DNA of 62,464 nt, counting the filler, from Dugesia japonica (lineage: Eukaryota): NCBI GenBank assembly GCA_001938525.1. It is 6 parts of 6 records of this genome, joined end to end, with 100 filler letters (N's around TTAATTAATTAA, not from the genome) between each part and the next. Parts side by side here need not be neighbours in the genome. Positions count along the whole stretch, not along the records: positions 1 to 14,873 come from MQRL01624210.1; positions 14,974 to 24,088 come from MQRL01591069.1; 4 more parts are not named here. One strand, given 5' to 3'. Made by a program: the position numbers and the translations under genes. Position 1 is the stretch's first letter. Each line of letters begins with the position of its first letter. Below, in pieces: positions 12,561-24,188 of this stretch. A model generated the notes under the pieces. That model was not told the DNA's origin, did not search any database, and worked only from the letters and a program-made list of their open reading frames with translations.

Positions 12561-12595
12561 AATTCCTGACGAAGACAAAGTCGAAATTTAGAATA
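12561..12595 (+). ncRNA. Minimal type I hammerhead ribozyme, copy A, in a solo Penelope-like terminal repeat (~12555-12644)
   Basis: AATTC CTGACGA A GAC AAA GTC GAAA TTTA GAATA: intact core, 3-bp stem II, 4-bp stem I. Downstream ATCGAAGTTTATATTTTAATGAA matches the other copies. Confidence 0.7.
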
Positions 12596-13789
12596 ACTAT
12601 CAAATCTAAAAAAAATTTCAATCGAAGTTTATATTTTAATGAACTTTTTAAAATTTATGAAATAAGTAAGTGACCGCTTTAATCTTTAAAATAGATGTTT
12701 TATTTACATGTTTAGAAAAATGAAATTTTTAGACAAATGTTATGATTTAAATTAAAAACAAGTGTATGCTGAAATCTAAACCAGGTTAACTTTGTTATTT
12801 TAATTAAATTTAATTTTGTTTTACTCATGACTTTAATATGATTTAGAGCTAAATAATATAAATGATGTTCCATGACGCAAGTTAATATAATAAATGATGC
12901 CACAAATTATATTTATGTTTCAGATTCTATGCTACTATAATATAAATGATCCACATTTTATGAAACATGAGTGAAATAAAATGGATCAATTTTGTTTAAT
13001 GTTCACCTTTTGTTTTGATTATTAATAATATGGACCTTTTACATAATTTAGCTTATGTATTTAATTTTAATTGACATTTATTATGATTTTAATGATTAAT
13101 TAAATTGATTATTTAATTTGCTAGGTTTAATTTATTGATTTAACTTGAATTAAATAATTAAATTTAAGATGATTCATTTAATAATTAAAATTAATTGATC
13201 AAAATTTTAATGTTATTAATATAAATTTTCATATGAATTACACATTTTTGTGTTGATTTTTGAATTTTAATGTTCCTCGGACAAGTTTCTAATATGTAAT
13301 TTTAAAATTGCTTGGAAGCAACTAATAATTACATTTATATTGCCTGCTAGCAACTATGATTCAAATTGCTTGGGAGTATTGGAATATCAATTACTATTCA
13401 GGGAGCAGCTAAGATTTAATTTATATTATGTGGGAGTAATTAAATACATATTTGCACTATCCTTTGTCCCGTAACTATATACTCACAATATGTTTACAAA
13501 CAAAGTGTGCACACAGTTATTCTGAGTTCTTGTTTGTTTGTTAAAATTATTGTTGTTTCATGTTATTTCCTTCAAGATAAAGATTTATGATTTTTAACCG
13601 TGTTATGCTTACTCATCGAAAAGTTCTCTATTTAATAGACTGGTTGATGATGAAATTTGAGTTTCGTTTTTATTTATTGGACATTCAGTGGTTTGGTTCG
13701 AATCTTTTGATTGACCATTTATTTGACAATTGTTTTTTGAATTTTTCCAAAAAAAAAAATATCACAAATAAATATCAATAACTTTACAA

Positions 13790-14320
13790 TTTAAAAATCT
13801 TTTTAATGACTTCAAGTACATTTCAGAAAATTCTCCATAACTTCTAGTATATCTTGAAAAAATTTTATTAATGACTCTGTTATTTTTTAATACTTTTTCT
13901 ATATCTCTAGTCAAACTTTTATCTAGGAAAGATTTAGTCTAATAATAAGTCTATATCATAAACCCTAAACATAAACGTAACCCTAAATTAACTTTAATCC
14001 TAAAGAAAACCTTATAAATCAATATAATTCAATTAATTTAATTAATTTAATTAATTTTAAACGTTTATTTAGGGTTTTATAGGGCTTTTATAAGAGAATT
14101 CTATGAACCTGTGTGGGTTTGTAATTGTTTTGTAAGGTTAAGTTTGGCTTAAGTTAGTGTTAAATTAGGGTTAAGTTAAGGTTTTTAGTTTAGGATTATG
14201 ATTAGGCTAAAACTTTATTAGATAAAATTTTTACTAGGCGTATATGAGAAGTTTTACGAATTAACATAGAAGTCGTAAATATGTTTTAAAAATGAACTTC
14301 AAGTCATGGACATATATCTG
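13790..14320. mobile_element. Old fold-back MITE with AACCCTAA/TTAGGG-like internal motifs
   Basis: Degenerate inverted arms (ATGACTTCAAGTACATT vs AATGAACTTCAAGTCAT) and mirror-image strand asymmetry around ~14040. Confidence 0.45.
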
Positions 14321-14873
14321 AAATATAACGAGAATTGAAATAATAAATTGGATGGAGGTGACCATGGTAATAATAATCATAATACCCCAAAAAACGAAGA
14401 ATATGGGATTAAGAAATCTTTTAATATTGATGTTAGAGTAATCAGCAATGGTAAAAACTGTAGTTACTTATTACAGTTATGAAATCATGAGAACCTCCTG
14501 AAAACAGTTTCAACAATTTTACATCTCTCCAAATCACTCTCATATTATTGGATATCAATGATTTATAACCACAATCCTAGGAAAAGAACAATAATGATGG
14601 TCAAAGCTACTATAACGATCGGCTAAATCATAATATCAATGTTAATAAGAATCATAACAATGTGATTAATAATTATGTTAAGTAGAAATAAAGATAATNT
14701 CAAGAAGTAGTATTGGTATTAAAATAACTAATAAGAATAATGATAATCATAACGGCAATAATGATATTAAAAAAAGAAATAATAATAATAAAAATGACGA
14801 CGGCAATAATAAAAATAAGAATCATAACAATCATATAAATAAGAAAAGATAAATGATGCCGATATTCACGTCA

Positions 14874-14973
14874 NNNNNNNNNNNNNNNNNNNNNNNNNNN
14901 NNNNNNNNNNNNNNNNNTTAATTAATTAANNNNNNNNNNNNNNNNNNNNNNNNNNNNNNNNNNNNNNNNNNNN
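14874..14973. other. Artificial contig spacer (44 N + TTAATTAATTAA + 44 N)
   Basis: Exactly 100 bp; the 12-mer has stops in all six frames; the same construct occurs five times. Confidence 0.97.
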
Positions 14974-15199
14974 TTATTTCTATTAAATAAGATATTCACA
15001 CAGATATCACTTATTTATAATTTCATTAATACATTTTTATATATTACAGTATTAACATATACTTGTCACTAATAAAATCAGTGATACACAAATTAACGAA
15101 CCAAAACATCTTTTTGTTGAGTCAAGTACCCAACAGTTTTATAGTTTAAGGGTTAAAGTTTTGAAATGTTAAATGACTTATGAGGATAATGTTAAAACA

Positions 15200-15825
15200 A
15201 ATCAAAGCATGCAAAATAAATGGAAGATTGGAGGTCCGATGAAACCTATGACAAAAATAAACCAAATTTCGGGAGGTCTATAGAAACTCCAAGATAATGT
15301 AGTTAAATTAATCAAGTTCCTGGAGATCCGTGAAACTCAATGATGAAATGGATCAAGCATTGAGAAATCTATAAAGTCCCACGACTTAGAGATGAACTGA
15401 ATTTGATTTCGGAGGATTTGAGAGACTTCACGACAATAAAAGAAAATGAATTAAATTTTGAGATATCTTTAAGACTCCACGACAATGCATTGAAATTAAT
15501 TGAGTTTCGGGAGATCTGTGAGTCTCCATGACAGTGAAATGAGTGAATCAATTTTTGGGATATCCGTGAGACTCCGTGACAATGCAATAAAATTTAAAAA
15601 ATTTCGGGAGATCTTCGAGAATCCTCGATAATGCGATAAAGTGAATCAAGTTTTGGGAGATCGATGAGACTCCATGATCATGCAATAAAATTAATAAAGN
15701 NNNNNNNNNNNNNNNNNNNNNNNNNNNNNNNNNNNNNNNNNNNNNNNNNNNNNNNNNNNNNNNNNNNNNNNNNNAAAAAATGAATCAAGTTTCGGGAGAT
15801 CTGAGAGACTCCATGACAATGCAAT
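15200..15825. repeat. ~49-bp tandem satellite, about 12 degenerate units
   Basis: Unit approximates GAATCAAGTTTCGGGAGATCCGTGAGACTCCATGACAATGCAATAAAAT, with homology along the whole unit. Confidence 0.85.
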
Positions 15826-16140
15826 CGGTGTATAGATAGTCGAAGAAACTACATTTAAAGGCGAATACAAAATGTGACCAAAATGTTTAATTGGGGAGAA
15901 ATTGAAGCAGACAGAAACTCAGAGTAAAATCAAACAGAATAAAATGATATCAATATCTAGATAATATTATTGATGGAAATAACATCAAGACGAATCTGGG
16001 AGAGGTTTATAACACCAATAATCAAAATTCCGAATAGAAACAAATAAATAAATAATGAATTCTTGTTGGATGATTAAAGACAAATGTAATAGAATATTTC
16101 GTTCAGGGGAATCAAATACTATCATCAGGAAGACGCATCA

Positions 16141-17175
16141 ATGACAGCAATCCAATTTAAAATTAAATTCAATGAAGAGAAGTTTAGCGGTGATCCAGAA
16201 AAGTTAAATGATTGGCATTAAATAAGTGGCATTAGTAAATAAAGAGAACGCCTCACGCGGAAAAATACGATGTAGAAAATGTCGAAGGAGTACGCACACA
16301 ACCAATCAATGTTAAGTTTAGTATACCAAAGTCTGTGGGTGGAACGAAGTAGATAAAATAGCTAGAATATTATGTTATTTGTCAGGAGCTGGAAGAGAAT
16401 TGTATTGGGACCAAACTCAGCACATGGAACAAACCCCAAAAGCTTGGGAGGAGGCTTAGAAAATTTTGTTGGATAATTTTAATACCGAAATATTACCAGT
16501 TCAAAACTTTCGAAAGTTTATAAAAAAAAAAAAACATGGCGAATCGTATAAAGCTCATTTATGTGGGGTAAGACGCCTGGGTCGCCTTGCATTGGATGCT
16601 AGTTTGGCTGATCAAATTATAACTGATAGTTTTATCAATGGTATAAAGAAACCGCAAGTAAAGAATTGGGCAAGAATAAAACAGCCAAAACCCGCAGATG
16701 AAGCATTGTAGTTGGCATTAGTAGCAGAAAAAGTACTTAAAGACAATTGTAATCAATTGGTAGAGAAATTAGTTTGTACAACAGTCAGAGACAAAACTCA
16801 GGTGAAAGATGGCAAACTATTGACTAAGAAACATGAGAGTAAAAGAGATGTTGAGTTAAAAGATATAACTTCAGTAGAAGTACGAACATTGCAAACTAGA
16901 ACACAGCAAATGATTAAATGTAAAATATGTCGAAGTAACACGCATTCTACAGATAATTGTAGAACTAAGTATTTGAGTGGTGGCAGGTGTGGAGTCAAAG
17001 GACATACAATGAAAATGTGCTACAGTAAAATTCACTCACAGAGAGAATCGGTGGCATTAGTAAATAAACAGAACGCTTCACGCGGAAAAATACGATGTAG
17101 AAAATGTCGAAGGAGTACGCACACAACCAGTCAATGTCAAGTTAAGTATACATATTGTGGTAGATGTGGTGCAAA
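16141..17175 (+). pseudogene. Retrotransposon gag with multiple CCHC zinc knuckles
   Basis: EKFSGDPEKLNDW; GWNEVDKIARILCYLSGAGRELYW; IITDSFINGI; CKICRSNTHSTDNC, (G)GRCGVKGHTMKMC, CRKCRRSTHTTSQC, CGRC. Contains stops and frameshifts. Confidence 0.8.
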
Positions 17176-18429
17176 ATTTTTTTTATTTGATATTTATTTA
17201 TTTTGTTTTATTGGATTGTGTATAGAATTGCATGCGAGTGAAATCAGTATAAATATTGACTGATTTCACTCAGTTCTTCAGTAACTTTTAGTCAGTTGAC
17301 ATCCAACCTCTATGGGCGGCATCTTCAACCTGATATAAAATATTACTGTTAAGGTTTTAAGATTGTACTTACATTATTTGTATACATCAAAAATATATTA
17401 TTATAAAGGGTATATCTTTGATTTATTTATAAAGGATACTTACACATATATTACATTATTTACAATTTTCATTTAAAGATATATATTATATAATATCGTA
17501 TTAACATATAAAGAGTAAAATCAAACACCNNTAAACTCATAGACATACTATCGAACAATAGTTATAAAATAAACGAACCATAAAATAACTTGTTGAGTAG
17601 AAATACCCAATAGATATATTTCAATTTCCGGATAAACAGTAATGAGTAAGTTGCCATATTACATATCATTTTAAAGGGTTAAACAAGGTCAATCTTATGC
17701 ATAAGTTGTTTTGATTTCAAATTGTTCACACAAAGAATTATGTGTTTTAGTGTGCAGTAATGTGAAAATGGAACACTTTTCTGTTTCCTTTAGAATTTAT
17801 CATACAGTCGTAAACTATGAAATAATGTAACAACCAACACGAACTAACAATTATATACACAAATTGTAAAAAATTAACATTTATATTTGATTTTCTAATG
17901 TTAATTTTACATTCAAAATTCGAAATTCTGTAAATTGGCGCCATCTTTATGAAATTTGGTTTTTGTTCAAAACTTTGTTAAGTAAACTTAATCTATCATT
18001 TGAGGCCAAAAATTCAAAAATGCGCTCATCGGGAGTGAATTTGTTAAATACACTATTTTGTTCCATAGAAATCATTATTTTTGAAAATGAAATTGGCCAA
18101 ACATAAAACATGCTTAAACAAAACGGACGCTAACCTACAACACTAATTACTATGTGCAAATACTGAAATTGAGATCAATTTACAAAAACTAAGTGAAAGA
18201 TGGATGAAACAAATATCATATTAATAAAATAAATATTTGTTAATAATTTCATTTTTTTATTTCATTTATATTTATATTTTTTATATTTCATTTTTAGTGT
18301 TGTATATTTTTTTACAATGTACGTTAAATATCATTATTATTATATTATCTGTTTACATGTAAGAATAATAGTAAAGACAATAATATTAACACGTTGTGTT
18401 ACAACTTTTCACTCCAAAAAAATGCCTAT

Positions 18430-18507
18430 AGGTTTTATATGCGGTCCGCGAAGTCATAATGCATTTCCAAAGTGGCCCTTGGGATCATTTGGGTTGGCCA
18501 CCCATGT
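18430..18507. mobile_element. hAT (Charlie-like) MITE terminal fragment
   Basis: GCGGTCCGCG...GTGGCCC...GGTTGGCCACCCATG is typical of hAT right ends. No partner end found. Confidence 0.4.
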
Positions 18508-21500
18508 TCTATACGCTACAATACAACTGATCAGCGTTAGTTAATCAGACATCTTTTGTTTCCAAGAAAGGTGGAACATCCAGGCAAGACGGACTTGGCC
18601 TGTTTCATGGAGATGCTCCCCTTACTGCCAAACGAAACTGGACAAAATAATCATTAGCGTGATTTTTAATTCCTATCAATAAACTCATTTTGCCTTACTT
18701 AATTAGTTATTAGGACGAATTAAAATTAATTTCTAGTAATTACCGTACTGACGATTATCATTAAATCATAATCCTTTTCTCTTCTAATGTCTGAATATGG
18801 ATAACGACTAGTCATGGACAAACACACTAATCGAATGGTGTCCTAACGCTTACGTAACCCTTACCAACGCGATGTAGGCATACTGGCAGATCGCTCCAAT
18901 CTACCCTCAACAGAAGCAAGTTTCCAACGACGCATCGACGCGGCCGAACGCTGGCTACACGAGAACTGATCCAATCGGTGTCAAGAGGTCGAACAAATTC
19001 CATCTTCACCCGCCTTGTTGGACCCGTCTTGAGAGGATTATTTCGAAAACTATTAGTTTCTTTGCATAAAAAATGTATTAGTGTAAAGTGTTCGGTTAGT
19101 AAATACAAATACAACTCAGCAAATGTTTTGGATAATGGAGCCTTTGTAATCGTATATGAAGGTCGCTTTAAAGAAGTAATATTTAATTAATTTGTTAACT
19201 TTTAATTTATTTACATCATTATCGAATAAATTGAATATAATTGGAATTGATTTTTAGGTGATTTTTAGAAAATTATTTGTAGTCTGTTTTAGAATAAGTG
19301 ATTACGATGGTTTCTACAATCTGTTTTGAAAATCAATCTATTAGGAATTATTTTTTTGGAAAAAAAATAAATTAGTAAAGTAAATCTTATAATTTCTGTC
19401 TAAAATTTTATAAAATATGTTAAAAATTTAATTTATTGTGAATTATGTTTATTTATATTGCTGGGGTCTCAAGTGAGTTTGGTATTGAAACTAAATCGAG
19501 CTTTTTTATTAGTTCATTTCGCTGGTCAAGATGCTTAAGGAGTGCCCGGTCTGCTTTTCGCTTTAGGTGCCTCTCAAAGACGGCGCATTATTCTGTGACA
19601 TGGTCGTAGGCTATTAGGAAAGGTAATTTGAGGTACTAAATAAAAGGATATTAATGACATTCATATTTCGCTTATGACATTAAATAAATGTAAATGTAAG
19701 AAATTATTGGACGAACATAACCACAACAAAGAAAAAAAATATTTTATGAAAGCGCATTTAAACAAAGTTCACGGACGAAAGGTTTGGACACTTTTGTCCA
19801 CCATAAGTGTTGTCAATGGCATCATTTGTTTAAAATTCAGAAAATCGCCAACCAGTTTATTCTCTCGGTCTTGGTAGGACCGGATAAGTTCGGTAAGTGA
19901 TTCCAATTGGGTTTTCCAAACCCTATCTTGATGGTGCGATGCCTCGGCTTTAGCTTTATAGGCACTTCTTTTTATAGCACCGAACTTTGGCATCAGCATA
20001 TGCGACATCAGCTTCCCAGTGACGTTTGGCCAATTTATAGAGATCATAAGTGATTTCGGTCTCATCACTGGAATCCCTCATTTTCTTAGTGGGTACCACG
20101 GCTCGATTCAATGATGAATGCACTGGAATACACAACAGTAAATGAAGTTGATAAATATCAAGTAGCAGTCATAACAAAATACACGACCCCCTTTATTTTA
20201 ATACAGAGTTAATACTTCAAAACGTCCTAGTTTTATTTTCGATCAGAGTGACAAGGTGAATAAGTATCAGAAGACCAATAAGTAAACTATATAATTTATT
20301 ATTAAGACATTGAACATAAAGTTGTTATTTGGTAGACCGCGTACTAGCAATAATCGTCTACAATTACTGGTTTATTTCTGGGTGAGGAACCAGCTCTATG
20401 TTCTCGGAGTTTTCTACATCCCCAAGTTCCCTAACTCTCCAGAGTAAATTTGTGATAAAGGCTTGTATGGCCGGGGTCGGAGGATGGTAGTTAAAAGGAG
20501 TTACATGGCTCCGTACGGGTCCCGTTCAATTTTGGTAGTTCTGTCTCAAGCCAAAATTCTGAATGCGGGCCAAATATTTAGAGACTTCTAGTCACTTTTA
20601 GTTTTATTTTCCCATTCCTTTATGTTAGGAGTTTAAAAATAAGCTCTTATTTGTAATCATCGAAAATCATCATTTTTAAATAATATTTATAAATTTTATA
20701 TTGATTATTATAGCCAATAAATTTTGTCAACATTAAAATAATTTCGCCTTTAAAAAATTTGTTTAAATTATCTGATTAAGAATATTATTTTTGTGATAAA
20801 TAAATCTTAAATTTATTGTAGTTATTTCATGGATATTGAAAACGAACCTAATAATTTAGCGACAGCGAACACTTTACAAAGGATTTTGAAAAAATTATCG
20901 ACTACTGTGCAATTTTATAAACTCTTCATTGCCTACTATAAAATTTCAGATTAAATCTTAATTGTTTTTATAAATTTGTCCTTAATTATCGTTTGTATAA
21001 CTTTAAGCAAAGAATGAAGCGAAACCTGATTTGAATAAAAAATAATTGAATAAGTATTGTTGGTCTAAGTGTTGGCAATATCAATAAATTCTAATGTATT
21101 GCATTGAATATAACTAATTCAATGGTCATATATTCAATGATAAAACCCATATTATCATTATAAAACCCGTATTTTCATGATAAAACTACTGTTTTCCCCT
21201 TTTGAAATTTCTTTTAAAAAATTTATACCCTTTGTTAATTTCTTTTAAAAAATTTATCCCCACTTTTCTATCGTCGACAGTGGGGGGCTTTTTATGGATA
21301 AAATCAAGAGGGGATACGCGCCACTATCTACCTTTTTGGTACATATTCTTACTGGCTGCTTCTTTCAATTCTAACACTGTCTTTTTCGTTCTTTCTGTTC
21401 TAATTTCCATTGTTTTTTTTCCAGAGTAATTTTATCTGTATCTCTCCATATTTATTTTATTCTTACTCGCAATTGATTTCACTTTGCTCTTCGTTTGCTC

Positions 21501-23111
21501 ATTAAATTACTCTTTGATTCACACATTTATTCTTTGGTCTTCATCTACTTTTTCTTTTCAATGATAAATAAGACGTGCTAATACATTTACGCGCTGGACC
21601 AGAATTAAAGAAATGGGCTATGCACTTTGATAGATTCAGAGTAAGTGAGGTAACTCCAAAGATGAATATTAGACAGTTGTCAATACTTGTCGTTAGCCTG
21701 AATTTCATCTATCTGGAAAGATTACTGGCTTTAAAAACACTGAAGTTCATAGAGATTAGCATTGACATTTTTCTCTAAAAAACCTTTTGCATCTTTCCGT
21801 TTGTTTATGCCAGTCAAAATCTTATCTTGCATTTTCATTTATTAATCACCGCTGTTTAATTAATTAAGGAGGCTTGTATTGAACTTAGAAATAAAACATA
21901 ATTACACACATTTACATGCAAATACTTGGATTTACAATTGATGTGTATATTTACATAAGTTTTCAAATTTTACTGCAATTAAGGTTACATTTTTTATTTA
22001 AAATGCTCAACCCGGTCGATTTTATAAACATGTATGTTATTTGGTAAATGATTTTTGAAGTATTTAATTGTCTTATCATCTTTAAAAATAAATGGATAGA
22101 TTGATTACTCTAATTCTTCAGCCACATTTTAATATTTTGTATCTAAACAAAAAAATTTTTTTTTCGTAAATTCGAAATTGTGAAATAAAGTTAACAATAA
22201 CTTACTAAAAGTTATTATCGATATTAAATACAAAAATACAGGGATTAATGATTATGTACTACAATTAAAATGATTTATAGCAATGTTTCACAATTTCATT
22301 CTGAGTATTTTGGTAATAATTAGACGATGAAAGTTTGTTTGAAACAATAAATTAATTACTATGCCACATTTTATAATTTAATTCTTAAAAAAATATTTTT
22401 AAAAATTATTTTTAAATTTGAAAATATGTTTATAAATAAGGTTTTCCTAATAAGTTTTTGCCTAGATATTATTATATATTTCCCAAATTTTTAGGGATTG
22501 ATTGTTTATTTATACTTGGCCTCCACTTCGTCCGGATGCAGAACGATATTTGGTGCTATCAGATGCCCGATTAATTGACGATTGCGAGATCGTTCGCGCT
22601 CTTGATGAATTACCCGGAGAGTCTTTACCAAGATATCGGACATGGAATACCTAAATCAGATTCAGCATTAGTATGCAATAACCGGGATGTCAAAAGTTTT
22701 AATGATTCGACGGTTATATTCAGAGATTATGATGGCGACTTCACCCGTTGTGGTGGCGATAATGCCGATCAGAATAACATCTAATAATATGTGGTTTCTC
22801 GTAACAGAAGTCAAATTTGGAATAGAACTCAATCGCAGATTTACAACAAATCAATTAAAGGATGAAGCATGATAATATATCGTATTTTGAGAAAATATTT
22901 GGTTATCAAAATGCTATCTTACGAATAGTTGGAGAATTGACGATGCAACAAACAAATATAGAGGATAAAGACTAGTGGAATAAATGTTATTGGAATATCA
23001 GCGAGCGACGATTGGGAAACGTTTTTCAATGGGGTTCAGAAGTTAGTCGAAAAGATGAAAGAGTTTGAGGAGACAGTGTCAGTAATATGTAAAGCAAAGA
23101 CAGAGAAAATA

Positions 23112-23267
23112 ATGAGGTGTGGAGAATGCGGAGTAGACGCGGCTTCAGTATTAAATTTACCAAGTGGGCATGTAGCAGTTTGTCAGAAATGTCACCAGAG
23201 AAACGAGTGCAAGCGATGTGTAGTGTGTAAATGACCAATAGAGGAGTGGCATGTGGTGTTTCTATGA
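23112..23267 (+). pseudogene. C-terminal IAP/MDM2-type RING-HC finger relic
   Basis: MRCGECGVDAASVLNLPSGHVAVCQKCHQRNECKRCVVCK*PIEEWHVVFL*. Spacing and terminal xxFL fit IAP-type RINGs. One Cys>Ser change and one internal TGA. Confidence 0.7.
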
Positions 23268-23462
23268 GTGAGATACCCGGTGAAATTGTAAATAAACCAA
23301 ACTTGAGGATACAGTACAGTAAAAGTAATAAAGGAAACGATATTAAAACAATTTGTAAATATCAGTCTCAATGAAAATTTGATTAATCAACAAATTTTTG
23401 TAATCAGTAACTTTCAATGTCTTAATGTGTATATTATGATTTATGTATATTTCAATTAAAAA

Positions 23463-24088
23463 ATGGCATCTAGAAGTTCAAATAGTATGGCTCGACAGAG
23501 AAGAGCAATCCAACGATACTGTGAAAATAATGCTCGAACCTATTCATCCGATGAACCTATAAAGCCTTGTAAAAACAAGGAGAAAACAAGCACAAATGCG
23601 CCTGGAGGCGAAATAGAGTCATTCGAATTGAGAGGAGTAGAATTAAAAAATCCCTCAGCTGAAGCGGAATTACGAATAAAACGGAGCAATGTACGAATTC
23701 AAATGGAGAACGAACAAACAAACGATTTGATTAGAGAAAGAGTCTATTGGAAAAACTTATGCGCTGAAAGAGAGGAGGAGATACTAAAGCTGCAACGAGC
23801 TAAACAACGTTCGTTAACGACCAATAAAACAAATCAAAGAATTAGAAACTGAAATTAAATGGCAACAGAAGAAAATCAAAATGCTAGAGAAAACTATTGA
23901 AAGCAATAATGAAGCTCGTAGGACAAATCAACAAGCGCAACAAGCGACAATGAATAAGATACAAAAAGATAACGAGCGATTGTTTAGAGAAAGCTTAGTA
24001 TGGAAATTGGAGAGAGCAGAACACGATAGACATTCAAAATCTAGAAAACGCCGTGAAGCAGCTTCATGATGAAAATGCGCGTCTCAGA
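23463..24088 (+). pseudogene. Basic/coiled-coil protein relic of unknown family
   Basis: ATG in AAAAATGG context; 129-aa ORF followed by a frameshifted coiled-coil continuation (23881-24069); cut by the spacer. Confidence 0.4.
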
Positions 24089-24188
24089 NNNNNNNNNNNN
24101 NNNNNNNNNNNNNNNNNNNNNNNNNNNNNNNNTTAATTAATTAANNNNNNNNNNNNNNNNNNNNNNNNNNNNNNNNNNNNNNNNNNNN
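24089..24188. other. Artificial contig spacer
   Basis: 44 N + TTAATTAATTAA (24133-24144) + 44 N. Confidence 0.97.

Larger units (their letters stand above)
14974..17611 (+). mobile_element. Decayed Ty3/gypsy-type LTR element: LTR-like direct repeats, tandem array in the leader, gag, pol missing
   Basis: Diverged direct repeats ~15045-15134 and ~17495-17611 (GTATTAACATATA...AACGAACCA...TTGTTGAGT...TACCCAAYA) bracket a gag pseudogene. Confidence 0.55.

Noticed and set aside
13970-14190. Interstitial telomere
   Set aside because: Only scattered AACCCTAA/TTAGGG motifs arranged as inverted arms, better explained as MITE subterminal repeats.
15200-15825. CRISPR-like array with a dyad-containing repeat
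   Set aside because: The intervening segments are homologous to each other rather than unique spacers, there are no cas genes, and the context is eukaryotic; it is a tandem satellite.
16466-17263. Programmed stop read-through or alternative genetic code at the in-frame TAG (16709-16711)
   Set aside because: The element has other stops and frameshifts, and the intact host genes translate with the standard code; a CAG>TAG mutation in a dead gag is simpler.
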